Source: Camelus ferus
Taxonomy: Eukaryota
Reading direction: 5' to 3'
Assembly (NCBI RefSeq): GCF_009834535.1
Contig: NC_045712.1
Coordinates: 25,668,001 to 25,732,000, forward strand
DNA: 64,000 nt
Positions 1 through 13,300 of this stretch are shown here, in pieces (the stretch's first letter is position 1; every line of letters starts with the position of its first letter). The notes below the pieces were generated by a model that was given only the letters and a program-made list of their open reading frames with translations, was not told the DNA's origin and searched no databases. Made by a program: the position numbers and the translations under genes.

Positions 1-159
1 ACCTAGATAAGGAGGAACAGGAACAGGGAACCACTTACCACCATGAGGCTCATGATACAAACCCCCAGAGAGAAACACCAGGACCAGAGAGAAAGGGCAT
101 GAAGCCATTCAGCAGCTGTTGTGGTTACATTAATATTCTAAAGATATACACTAAAGGAT

Positions 160-900
160 GGATGGATGAAATGACAGGATGTCTGAGATTTGCTTCAAGA
201 TAATGGGGGGGAGGGGACAACAGCTGGGAGTGTGATTGGGGCATGACTGGCCAGTTATTGATGGATGTTGGGACTGGTGATAGGTACATGAGATTCATTG
301 TATTATTCTGTCTTTGAGTGTACTTGAAATTCTCTATGATAAAAAGTTCAAAAATAAAATACAACAGAGGCATATAAACAAAATTCCTTGTAATTAAGAT
401 ATCAAATATATCCAGTATTTCACTCTTAGGTGTATACCCAGAAGCCATGGACAAGAATGGTTTATAACAGTATCATTCATGATAGTCAAAAGTTAGAAAC
501 AACCCAAATGTCCACCAACAAAAGCAGTAAATTATGGTATATTCATATGTGAAATACTAAACAACAACAAAAGAACAAACTGTTGTATAGAACCACGAAG
601 ACATCAGAGGCTTAACATTCAGCAAGAAAAGACAGGCACATGAGAGTACACATGTACTCTACCACTCCACTTACATGAAGGTCAAGAGCAGTAAAACTAA
701 GCTCAAGGACAGAGATCAGAAGAGTGGTTACCTTTGGGGAGATACTGATTAGATAAAGGCAAATAGAACCTTCTGGAAATTTTCTATACCTTGATCTGAG
801 TGATGTATACATCTGTAAAACTGTCGAGTTGTACATTTATGATTTATGCATTTTGCTACATGTAAATTATACTTCAGTTTTTTAAACAGTAACATCAAAA
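160..900 (+). mobile_element. Ancient L1ME-type 3' fragments
   Basis: Degraded L1 3' motifs (GTTTATAACAGTATCATTCATGATAGTCAAAAGTTAGAAACAACCCAAATGTCC; GAGTGGTTACCTTTGGGG; GTTGTACATTTATGATTTATGCATTTT). Confidence 0.6.
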
Positions 901-1532
901 AATCAAACACTACTGGTTAGCAGGAGATTCAGTGAAACAACTCCATCTATAAAAGAATAGATTTTCAAAGCCTAAAGGATGAAGTAACTCAGCTCTGGCC
1001 TGGGATCATTTTGGTGGAGGGCTGCTATCTGACTGCCCTGAGGTGAAACTAGGACTCCCTCTAAGGACGTTCACTCCTAGCTGATCACAAACACCAAAGA
1101 ACACCAGAGCAGCCAACACCAGAAAACACAGCTTTACCTTCTGCTTCGCCACCTAAGCAACTAACTGTGGCTGTGGTTTTGACCTCACCAAATTCTGAGT
1201 AATTCAACTTTTAAGTGTAGTGGTACAGATCTCTCATACAGGAGATTCAGCACTTTCCTCACCGCCGTGCCTGCTGCTGACACCCACTCCTTCTTCGGGC
1301 AGCTCCTGAGCAATGCCCAGCAGCCCCTCCAGCCCTTCCACCAGCACAGCACACGCCTCCCTGACTCTGGAATTCCTTACATTCTCCTCCCTAAAGAACA
1401 ACACTCAGAAAACTTAGATTCCAAACAAGAAAACAAAACTGGTCTACCTCCTTAGGCCTAAGCAACCTTGATAGACAAACAGGATGCAAAAAATCTGAAT
1501 TTACATGGCTTAAAAATCATTTAAGTATAAAA

Positions 1533-1639
1533 GAATCTGAAAAAGTATATATATATATATATAACTGAATCACTTTGCTATACATCTGAAACTAACACAT
1601 TGTAAATCAACTATACTTCAATAAAAATTTTAAAAAATT
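1533..1639 (+). mobile_element. Very short 5'-truncated L1 3' end
   Basis: GAATCTGAAAAAG(TA)nACTGAATCACTTTGCTATACATCTGAAACTAACACATTGTAAATCAACTATACTTCAATAAAAA; TSD ATTTAAGTATAAAA at 1519-1532 and 1640-1653. Confidence 0.85.
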
Positions 1640-2078
1640 ATTTAAGTATAAAAATGAATGAAATTTTAAATGTGTGAAATAACAGCACAACAAAAACTCC
1701 ACAGGCACATGGTAAGTGTCACATCAGTGGGGAAAGGCCAGATAAATCCTGGTACATCACACAACACCTCTTCTCAGGGGCATTCTCACTTGAACGGCAG
1801 TGGGCTTGGTATATACAAAGATATAGGCCAATCATGAGCACAGCCCTTTTCTTCCAGGCAGTGGTTCTGTCTATGAGGTGAGCACTTAGTTGCCCTCACA
1901 CCAGACACAGACTTGCACTGCCCGTCAAATTCTGGGGTAAGCTGGAGTGGGGCCTCCAGACAGGAAAGCCAGGACTAGCTGACAAGTTCCTGGGCCTCGA
2001 GCCTGAGCCTACTTTCACGCAACAGTTACTCTTGGCCCTCCACATGCCCACATCTTCAGCCACCAACCAGCAGGGCAG

Positions 2079-2106
2079 CAGCTGGCAGCTGGCAGCTGGC
2101 AGCTGG
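2079..2106. repeat. (CAGCTGG)4 tandem heptamer
   Basis: Four exact copies at 2079, 2086, 2093 and 2100. Confidence 0.95.
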
Positions 2107-3247
2107 CTGCTGACACACCTCCCCATTCAGAAAGGGAAGTTTCTGTACCTAGAACTTGAGACCAGCAGGTGAGGTCATGACCACAGCCCACAAAGCTTTC
2201 TACTATCCTCCACCCAACCTACCCGGCCTGATGGTGCAGGTATAGGGACAAACTAGATTCTGGCTGCTGTCCAAGCTCTACCCATTTCTCCATTTTCTTA
2301 CCACTGGGGCCGAGTGCCCTACCTAGAGAAGCAGGAAAATCCTCTAAAATAACTTTCAAACACAGAGAAAATTTGTAAAACACAATACTCATAAGACACA
2401 GTTTGAACCGACCATTTAAGTCATCAGGAGCAACACCTACATTTTACAGGTGGGTAAACCAAGGCTTCCACAGTCCCCAGATAGTGAGCAATTAAGCAGG
2501 ATGAGAATTCCTCTCCTAAGTCTCTCTCAATATTTTCCCCATCAGAACACTCTATCAACAAAGGGGGAAAGAAGAGAGGAAAACTGAAGAGGGGGCAAAA
2601 AAAGAACAGACAATGAAAGGCAGAGTAGCCGAGTATTGGGGGGAGAAGGGAAATTTGAAGGAAGAAGGGAGGGCCTGAGAGGCAGACAGCACTTTAAACT
2701 CATCTAAGTGAATTAGGCCAAAGGACACATCCAGGCTTTTCCTCTTGCAACATCTGTCACATCCGTGCTGGGGAAACTGGTTTGACAAGGATCAAGGATC
2801 ACAGAGCCACTGAGAGCCTGAGCTGGGCCTGGCCTCTCCTCAGACCCCATCATCCTGCCACAGAAGTGGTGCTCTGGGTACCTGCTTTGAGCAAAGTATG
2901 GAACATGAGGAAAGCAGCACTCCGGAGGAAAGACCCAAACCATCCTAGCCTTGCCAAAGGGACCAAACTTGAGGCTGATAAAGCCATTGGATAAGGCTGC
3001 CAATTCACAGGAAATACAGAGAAGAGAATGCTGAATTGCACCCTGCGACACAATCTGCTAAATCTGGACTGTGGGAGATTCTACAGGTCTAAGGACCCAG
3101 GTTCTTCAGCAGGTAATTGCAAGAAAAGAGGACAAAGGGGAGAAAATGTAGATTAAAAGATATGCCAATTTTCAAAAATGGACAAAATTAAACTCAGTGT
3201 TTAAGGATACATATTTTGGAGATAAAACTATAAAGAAACATAAGGAA

Positions 3248-3393
3248 GGGGAGGGTATAGCTCAGGGGTAGAGCATGTGCTTAGCATGCATGAGGTCCTG
3301 GGTTCAATTCCCAGCACTTTCATTAGAAAACCAACCAACCAACCAACCTAATTACCAGCTCCCCAGCAAAAAAAAAAATTTTTAAATAAGAAT
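3248..3393 (+). mobile_element. tRNA-derived SINE (camelid-type)
   Basis: GGGGAGGGTATAGCTCAG (A box) ... GGTTCAATTCCC (B box); A-rich tail with CCTAATTACC; TSD AAACATAAGGAA (3236-3247) / AAATGTAAGGAA (3394-3405). Confidence 0.9.
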
Positions 3394-5442
3394 AAATGTA
3401 AGGAAATGGATACAAAAAGACAGAAAGTGGTCACCTTGGGAAGGAAGGAAAAAAAAGGGCTGGGGCAGGGTTGGGGCCCATGGAAAGGCCTCTGGGGGCC
3501 AACAAAGCTCTATTTGTTGACCTTATAATTCACTAAGCTATACTTTTTTGGGGGGGTCTTGTTTCCTCTATTTTTGTTTTATTTTACACTAATAAAGTTT
3601 TTTTTTTAAGTTAAATAAGATGAAATAAACATAAAATAAGCCCTGAAAGAGCTTAAGGACTTTGCAAAGCAGCGTATGCAGAAAAAAAACCTCACCAGGA
3701 AGGGCGAACAGAGAGGGTGGCCCCACAGGCAACTAGGTGGGGACCTCTCTCTAATTCAGGGGTTCAGCACTAGGAACAACCACTGGCTGCTCACCCAGAG
3801 CCCACAGCTGCATGGCTCCTTCATCCCTCTCACCTAGTTCCCATGGATGAAGAAGGTTTTCTGTTTCTTTTTAAACCAGGTACCCTCAAATTCTGACACG
3901 CTCAGTCATTACTCCCTACCCTGCAGATTTTCCTTACTCCTATAGCCCTAAAGGGTTTTAACCTGCTCCCTGGCAAAGCACACCAGCACTAATCTTTCAG
4001 ACTCCAAACATTCCTCGACTCTGGGCTAGTCCAACCTCACAGCCTCCATTTCTGTTCAGAAGCTGACTCTGTCTAGGTCACCATAAGTCCCATCATCTCA
4101 GGGTTGGGTGAAGTCTATATCCACCCCCACCCTCACCTCCTCCAGCTGCCTTGGTGATTAACAGAGCAAATACAGCAAAGTTCCTCCACACATTGAGTTA
4201 TCTTCTCCCTCCCTATCCTTTCAAGGCTAACCTTCCCTAATAACCATTCTATCTCCTGCAGATTCCTCAGTTATTCCCCAAAGCCCCCGACACACACACA
4301 CCCTCATCCAAATCATCACCAAACCAAAAGGCCTCCCCGAAGTTCACTTTGACCACTCCCTGAAACTCCAACTCAAAGGCCTCGCCTGAATTGTCTAAGG
4401 AACAACATCAGGGTCAGGAAATAGCTCAACAGGTCACAGACACATCAGTGTGTACCCAAATGTCAGCTTGGCTTCGAAAATAATCTAGAACTGCGTACCA
4501 AGCTCTCTAAGGTCTTGTCCCTGATCCCTCACATCACCTTCTGAATGGGCCTAGCCCCCCACCCCCCCTTATGATGAATCAGAGGCACACTGACTGAAGT
4601 CACCCGCAGCTTCTCCAAACCACACTTTTTTTCTAAAAAACACCAACTGAGAGGAAATAATCATCACAACTCCTCCCTCTTTTTTCTGGTCAGGGCAGGA
4701 GTAGGGCCCATAACTCTCTCATCCATCACCAGATCCCCTCCCCAGGCCTAGCACAGTGCCCAGGACATGACAGTGACTCAAAAACCACCTGATGAATGAA
4801 TGAACAAATAACTGAAAACCCCTGCCAACAGGGCCTGCCTAAGGGATGCCACATGACAGTTCCCTCCATAGTTCATGGGTTAGCCAGTCTTGTAAGGCTG
4901 CTTAACAGTCAATACTTAATCTTAAACACGTCCTAGATCAAACTCCTTTTTTCTTTAACTTTTTCCAATTATAAACATAAATTCATTAGGTAAGCTAAAA
5001 CAGGTAAAGAAAAGGACCTGACAAAGTACACACTTTAAAATATATATACAGAATACAAACAATCTTAATCCAGTCACCCATAACCTCTTATGAACGTAAT
5101 ATTTCTGTGCTTCAGACAACCAACATGGGTAGACTAGCTAAGGAACATGGACATCACTACGTACACCACTAGGCACCCTGCTTTCTCCACCCCAGATCCA
5201 AATCTGAAATAAAACTACCCAGGCCAGTAATCCCCCGACAATGACAAGAAGTCTATAGTGCCTACAGTAGAAATGGACTTACTTCCACACTGGTGTTTCT
5301 TCTGCTGTATTAAGAATCAGCTCTGGCACAGCGGCCTCCTCTGGACTGTTCTGCTGCATCGCCCCAGGACTACTCCCTGATCTGTCGGCTCTGCTTCCCC
5401 TCTACCTTATTAAAGGATTTAGAGTGAGCATTTAGAGATTTT

Positions 5443-5459
5443 CAGCTCCCCTCTGGTGG
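5443..5459 (-). promoter_or_regulatory. CTCF-like motif in DAG1 intron 1
   Basis: The minus strand reads CCACCAGAGGGGAGCTG, a near match to the CTCF core with mismatch at the GGC position. Confidence 0.4.
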
Positions 5460-6384
5460 TATCATATCATTTTCTTATCTGATAACAGCCAATAGCTCTA
5501 CCCTCACTTGCCTCTAACATAAAGGTCAGAGACCAAATCCTCTACTATCTGGAAATCACGTGGAGCCTTCTCCACTGGGAACCCACAGGCAGCTTTCCCT
5601 CAACACAGAATCATAAAACATGGTGCCTTCATCACCTGGAGGTGGGAGCCCAACTTTTGTCTTTAGGATAATTATCCTCTGCTCAGAAATTGGACACTGG
5701 TGCCTGTACCCTTATTCTCCTCACATCCTATAATTTTATATTATAAGTTACCCAGTAAGGAAATCATATAGTCACATACAGAAAAAGTAAGTATATGTGT
5801 AGTTCTTTAAAAACCAGGGGATTTTTATACTAGGCATGCATTTCTGCTGGTAACTCAAACAGAAATAAACATTATACAAAAAAAGGAAATGAAGCACTTC
5901 CAGTCACTCAATTCACATGGCAACCTTGCCGGTCCATCCTCCTTCCACTGCACCGTGAAGTTCTAGAAAACAAACCTGGGCACAACAAAGACTCTCCAAA
6001 GAAACTCCTTAAAAATCTAAACAATGTTGTCTAGTTAACAGAGTCCTTGGTCTACAAACTATTTTTGTCCTTTACTCACATCGATGGGGCCAGTGCCCCC
6101 AAGGACCACCTGTCCCAGTGAGACATCACAGCACTCAATGCTCCACAGGTGAGCAAGGAGTCAAGCTAGAGCTACTTTCTGGGAAGTACCAGTGGGCTCA
6201 TGTCTAGATTTTTTTTATAAGATACTACTTGATATATATAAAATAATTTATTATGCATTTAATTATAAAACACAATAAAAAAAAACCCTAAACTCACCAC
6301 TTAACCTAAGAAGTATGTCCAGCCTTTATTAAATATCAGACTCTCAGTTTACATCAGAAAAAGGACAAGTATAATACAAGTAGC

Positions 6385-6490
6385 AATTATGATAATATGT
6401 ATAACTGAATCACTATGCTGTACACCAGAAATTAACACTGTAAATCAACTATACTTCAATTTTTAAAAATTAAAAAATTTAAAAAAAAAC
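6385..6490 (+). mobile_element. Short L1 3' end
   Basis: ATAACTGAATCACTATGCTGTACACCAGAAATTAACACTGTAAATCAACTATACTTCAAT plus an A-rich tail. Confidence 0.8.
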
Positions 6491-9400
6491 CCCCAAAACA
6501 GGTAGTAGTCATGGAGAGGTGTAGGGCACCTTACTAGGAAGCCTTTATTTTCTCAGCAGCCTATGGAGATGATATTCTATCCCAATTTTACTGAGACAGA
6601 GAGGTTAAAGGCCTTACTTAAGATCACATTAGGATGGGAGGGTTCCAGGGGACTCAGTATGGCAGGTTCCTTCCTCAGGCCCAAGTTTCTACTGCTGAGG
6701 GTACTCAGTGTTTTCATTGTCCAATCTCATCACACTTGTGCCAGAAATCTTGCCTGTCCTGCCAAAAAGCAAGAACCTACAGTGGGTAGACGTCACCTCT
6801 TGTGACCAGGCACTATTTGAAAGAATAGTTCTTCTTTAGAAAACTCAATATCATTTTCTAATAAGTGCTGGCATTTGCAGTGTGATCTCAGCATGGCAAG
6901 TATGTTTTATTTCTTTATTTGATAAAAACAAAATGCCACTCCCAAGCCTAAAACAGAGAAAGAAAAGTATCACTCTGCTCAGGCAGAAGGATAAAATACG
7001 CTAGAATTTTTTCCCCCCTGTAATAAAGAAGGCAAAGGGAGGAAGGCAAACATCCAGGGCAGTGCCAGTGCCAAGACAGTTTCACTAAAGACAAGGAAAT
7101 TGTACGTACTAAAGCATCATGGAAAGAATGAAATTTCTTTTCACTAAGATCAAGAACAATTTCCAGGATCATTCCAAAGTCAACCAACCTGGGTTTTTGG
7201 AAGGAGCAGATTTCTCAGCAGCCCTCCATGCAATCATGTAGACCTTGTGTAGAAAAGCCCTTCGCCAACTCCAGGAAGGCCTGACCAGGCCTTCTCCATC
7301 CCCCTACGACCAGAAGCTTGCTCACCTACCCTTCACAGAACCTGCTAAACAACAGATAATCACACATCTGGCTCCCTGTCTGAAGCCAACACCCTCAAAA
7401 AAGCAGCAGCCACTGGCCTCTATCCCTATCTCACTGAAACCATAAGTACCTCATACATTTTTTTCCAGAGACACATAGGCCTGGGGTCAGGAGAAGAACT
7501 GCCTGATGGGTAAGGCAGTTTGATACCAGGGGAGCGCTCCCATATCCAGAACAAATCTGTTTTTTTTTTTTAAACCTGAGTCTCTCTGGCTTCCCCTACC
7601 TCATATTTTGGCATTTCACATCTTCAATGAGTTGATTAAAGCCAAAATAAGTTCTTCAGCTTTACTGAGATATAATTGAAAGCCAAAATAAATCTGAAAC
7701 CCAATTTCACTTACATATAGATTAATCCCATGCTTCCCAGTGGATTCAGAACACGAGAAAGGCCTGGAGGTACTGCCCAGCCTCCTGTGACCAGGCACTC
7801 AGTCACCCTTGGGAGCAGCAGGCCTGCATCTCCAAATATGGCCTGAGATCTGCCACAAGAGTGAGCTCAGGCCTGCAAAGGGGTCTAAAAGAATGTTTAC
7901 CAAGACGTGACAAAACCAGAGGGCAGACCCAGGGGCAAACAAAGCACAAGCACCATCCCTCAGAACTCTCCTGAACAGCAGAGCAGCATGTGAGGAAATG
8001 ACTGCACGCTAGGCTCCCGGCTCCTCAGCGCCCCGTAACCACAGTAGACTGAACAGAAAGGCCACAGCAGGCCTGCCACTGAAGCGGAGAGCTGTGCCTG
8101 TGGGCACAGCCACAAAGGGCCCCATTCTCCCTGGAAGCTCATGGCAGGAGGGGAAAAGGGAGGCCAGGACATTCCTTCACCCCCTCACATAAAGGGAAAG
8201 GGCACAGGCAGCTCAGGGCATCAGAGGCCTGCATAAGAAGAAAGCCTGAGCAACCATTTTCCTTTCCAGCTGCATAAATCAAAAAAGGACACCTTCTAAA
8301 AAAAAACAAAAAACCAGAAGGGAGACCTGAGATGCCACCTGATGAAATCAGATGGATTAGATGGCCCGCATAGGCATCCTCTCTGGTCAGCAGTGCTCAA
8401 CCAAAAGAAGAAGAAAAACTCTCAGGGCTTTGAGGGGACAGAGGCCCCCACAGGCCCCGTCAGCCCAGGGTCAGCTCTACAAGCAGAAGAATCAAGTTTT
8501 CCTGCTAAGGATTTCTTCCCAGTGCCAAGGAATCCAGTCACTTTTTAAATTACTTTTAAAACTGGAAAAAGCACATGTTCAGACTGGCAAAACAGTATTA
8601 TAAGTCCATACCGTTGACCCTTTTGACAAAATATCGTGATCTTTCCCAGGTAAGCAGAAGCAACAGCTGATAGCATAATCCAGAGAAGGAAAGAACAAGA
8701 AAGGAATTCTACTCTTATCTGTTTGTAACTTTAATGAATTCTATTTTTAGATCTTTAATAAAGAGCTTCTCTTCTAGTCTCCTCCTACCAAATTTCTCTA
8801 TTCAGGCAATTCAATCTTTCCAACATTGCTCAAATGTCTAAAAATATAAGACACTATTCAGGCATGTTTAACCTAACAGGTAGAGCAAAGTTCTCTACAT
8901 TTCTTCATTTTCTGTAAGACCCAGAATCCACCTCTGCTCAAGGGCTACTCATCAGGCTGGTCTCCGTTATTTTCAAAAAGTTTTAAATCCAGTAAGCAAG
9001 GCTCCCAGGGGTCAGGGCAGATCTGATGCAAAGACAACCTACCAGCCAAAGCAGGAGTATACACAGGACATTTACAACGAGATGTACCTTTTATGAAAGT
9101 ATTTCATAGTACAGTAAGGGCCCAGAAAATTGGATGGTGTCCCAGGTTCTGATTAATGGCCAAATAAAAAGAAAACACCGTTTGCAATTCCATCATTGAC
9201 TTTATCATTTTTCTCGGCAAAAACTGGCTAGAAAATCAGCCCGGCCCCTGAAGAACAACTAAGCTAAATAAGAGAGGCATTTATGAAAACCAAGGCAGAA
9301 CTGGCTCACTTCTGCCATACCATGCCTTGGGAATCTTCTTGAGTAATCCCATATCAACCTCTGGAATGCCCGGGGGAAAGGTTCCCAGCATAGCGAGAGG

Positions 9401-12400
9401 TAAAACAAAGACAACCATAACATTTGTCAAACCAAGCATCTTCCAGTTCCACTAATCTGTTTCAATACACATATACCAACAATTAGAAAGAACTCTATAA
9501 GAGGTGCTTCTCGTTTGTTGATTCCCATACTCCATACACAAAAACTCAACATCTACAGAAATGAAGAGCAAATGCCAATACAGAGGACCATGCTGGGCAC
9601 TGGCCACTCTTTCCCTGAGATAACACATCCTTCCATGTGCTTCATTCGTTCCTGAGTTCCCCTCAACTGGCACGGTCCCCTATACTTAGGGTATCCAACA
9701 GCTGTGACTACCTCAGGATGCATCTGTGGCTGCACACACCTGCAATGGGAGGAAATATCGAGTATGGGCCTCCATGTGACTATAAAAATTGCATACCCAC
9801 GCAAGTCATACAAAAGGGACTAGGGAAAACATACACAGTGTTTAAAAATAAAAATCAATACATAGAATGTCTATTTTTAAATGTTAAAAAAAAAACCACA
9901 ATCAATACAAATCTGCCTTACTTGATTTTATAGATGTGCTCCTGCAAAACTGTAAGTCACATCTCACTTTCATCAAAAGTTTTATATTTTTATATTTTAT
10001 ATGGTGATAAGAAAAAATTTTTTAAAAACTTTATGCAGAAAGATGTTAACTGCAACATAACCTATTATAACCAAAGTAAGATTAACAACCATCTAAGCAC
10101 TGGGGATAGGTTAACCATCAGAAATGTTATACATATAGAGCAATGATCATGCTATAATGCTAGGAGGGTAAAAACAGGACAATAAATTTATTCTCTAACC
10201 TAAACTCAGTAAAAGTGCTGCCCAAGGTCCAACTCTGGAGGACACCCAGGAATCAGGAAATAATGACTGCTCCTAGGGAGGGGAAGCAGGCACTTGGGCA
10301 ACATTTCTTTCCCCTGTACAATCCTTTAGAACCTTATGAGTTTGTACCACGTGTTAGCATTTTCTAGTTAAAGAAAGAATAAAGTTGGGGAGACAAGGGA
10401 TTTTTTCCTTTCTACTTTTATCTTCCACATTTCTTATTTTAAATATATGTATTATTTAATATAGCTCTTCCTCCACCATAGTGTTTTAAAATTCCGTTTT
10501 CATTTTGCCAAGTATGTGATTATCCATCGTTTTGTTTTGCAGAAATCTCCCTTTCAAGTACCTTACCTCACCTTCTAGTGCTAGGCTGCTTTAAAAGCTT
10601 TATCTTCCTGGAGAGCAGAGGCCCTGCAGGAAAAGAAGGAACCAATGTTGGTGAATGCTCACAACTGAAATAGAATTACATACACCACAATGACCAACTC
10701 CAAAGGAAGTGGGAAATGCCATTCAGTCTCCTGCCAACCAGTCACCCTTTATGTCAAAGGGTGGTAAAGAAAACAAAATGTTTTCTGTAGAGTCCATCCA
10801 GGACCAAAAATTATAAACACTTCCAAAGATATAAAATTAATTCCAGTGTCTAAAATTTAGACAGTAGTATTTTCAAAAACAATTAGCTCAAGAAGGTATA
10901 ACTGAGAAGCAAAACCTCAACGCTATTAAATGCACTCCATGATGTGTAGGATAAAGACACTCAGTGATAAAACTGATTTTTTATATTTATCTGATTATTC
11001 CCACTAGAATCCTACTTTTAAAATATAAATATAAATTAAGTCAACATACTGCAAAATTTTCATTCAGATTTACTTCGCTCCAACAGAACACAGAACAGCT
11101 TCACCAACTGAGACACCCTCAGTTTATGACCCTGTACCACTGCATCCCATCCATCTTTCCACCCAGGCCCCAGAGCAAGGCTAAGAAAATGCTTAGCTAT
11201 CAAACCTAAGAAATAGGAAAATAGGAAACCCTATTCATTAAGGCTAAATTAAGCCCTCTGGCTGTTGTAGTTTTGTAAACTACTCTAGAATCCTATTTAT
11301 AGAAATTGCTATCTGAGCAGTTATTACTAATGATCAGAGTGAAGAGGGACAGTCAAAAGGCAAAGCAGGTTATGCAACTCATAGGAAGACTGCTTTAAAT
11401 TAATACCCAAAGGCATGAGCACACAAACACCCACTGGGAAATGACAAGATTAATCACTCATATATTCAAAACCACCATCACCTTACTCCAGGACTGGAGA
11501 GTCAACACAGGAAGAGCAGAGAAAGATGGGGGCTTAACAAGCAACAGCACAATAAGCAAAGTCACAGAAACACTCTTTAACATGGAAGGAGAAAACTTAC
11601 TCCAGAAAAGGAGAGAGAAATCCTTGACCAATACACAGGACACATTGAAGACCATATTATCTGAATTTATTCTCACTTTTAGTGCCTTTAAGGTTCAATA
11701 CTCTAGCCCCCATTTGGGTCCCTTCTGATATTCACACCAGCATGTCTTACTTCTTTGATACTCTGAAAGCCCCCAGCCTCCAAGCAGTCACACTCTACAG
11801 TGGCTCAAATCTAAACAACACACCCTGGAACCTGGATATTGAATCAAACCTCTCATTACTGACTTCTTACACTGGCTAGAAAAAAACTCATGAGACCTCA
11901 CTCTTATTCTTGCCCATCCACAAAATGGGTCTATTCCCACTTGCCATTCCACTAGGCTAGTTATGTGCCTCTTATTAAGGCTATGACCAAAACCACTCAA
12001 CTCAAAAAGGCAGGTACAGGTAAAGGGGCTCCAACTTCACACCATCACGGGCCACCTTTAGTTTGCCTTGCACATGTCAAATCTGTGAGATAATGGCAAT
12101 TCTTTCAATGAATCCAGTCTAAAGCTGTATGACCCCTGCCATGATTCTGAGTCTCCAAAACATCAAGCATTTTAAAATTCACTGTTCCATTACCTACCAA
12201 GTGAATCAACAAGTCGTGCTCTCTCTTTCATAAGTTTATCTTTGCCTATCTGCCACAGAGACTGAATGAAGACTTCCCCATTTCCTGCAGTCTAGGGGCC
12301 CCTCTTTATTTCAAGTCCCTCAAGTCCCCACCAGTCCTTGGCTGATACTGCCTTACATCCTCATCTTTTCATTGTGACCTCCTGCCCCTTCCCTTCAAAG

Positions 12401-13129
12401 GTAGACCCCACTGGTACCAGCACCATTTAGGTCCCTAACATCTGCTGAACTAACTCATCTTGAACCTTCTTTCTCTCTCTCCACTCCTCTCCTGACCACT
12501 GTTCTTATTCAGGTCCACTGTCTCCCCACTGGACCACAGCAGGAACCAACCTGCCTCCAGTCCAGCCCAGCCTCCACACACTGCAGGCTCACTTCTGAAA
12601 ACCCAGAGCTGATCCCACCACAGCTGTGTTTCAAGACCTTCAAGGTTCCCTGTTCCTACATAACACCAAACTCACGCATGTGGCATTCTGACTCCAAATC
12701 AACCTTCCAGAACATACAGAAAAGGTGCCCAGTCTTTTCCTTCACATTCCTTTCCTCTGCTCACCTCTTTCTTCCACAGAATTGTGACCGTCTTGCCACA
12801 CTCCTTCACCGACCAAACCACTAACCCTTCTTGAAAGTCTAGCTCGAATGCAGTTCTCCCCTAAAGTCTGCTCTCTCTAGCCTAGGACCCGAGTTCCTTG
12901 GCTTACTTCAGCATGATGCCCAGAGCAATAGTACAGGCTTCAAGAAGGCTGTGACAAACCCTAGGTTTCTGAAAACGGTCCTTCACAGCATGTTCCTGGA
13001 ATTCCATGTGGGATCGTTGATCACCTCCCCATACTGTCCTGGCATTCTGCCCGCCACCAGATACCTGGGTTTGGTCTTTGCCAGAGAAGGACCCAACTAA
13101 GGCCACCAATATTGGTTTGATGCAACACA

Positions 13130-13300
13130 AACGCAGGTGGCTATGGGCAAATGTTCAATCTGGGTTCAAATCCTGATTCTGCCACATGGCAGTTGTGTGA
13201 CCTTGGGAACATTCCTTCATCTGTGACTCAGCTTGCTAAGTCACTATAAAGGGTTCTCATAAGCATTAGCAATGGTGCATGTAGAGCAGAAAACACAGAA
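13130..13300 (+). mobile_element. MIR fragment
   Basis: CTGGGTTCAAATCCTGATTCTGCCAC...TGTGTGACCTTGGG core. Confidence 0.65.

Noticed and set aside
5917-5962. Possible 46-nt DAG1 5' UTR cassette exon (acceptor TTTGTTTTCTAG on the minus strand)
   Set aside because: Both candidate donors (CAT|GTGAAT, AAG|GTTGCC) are weak; not distinguishable from chance.
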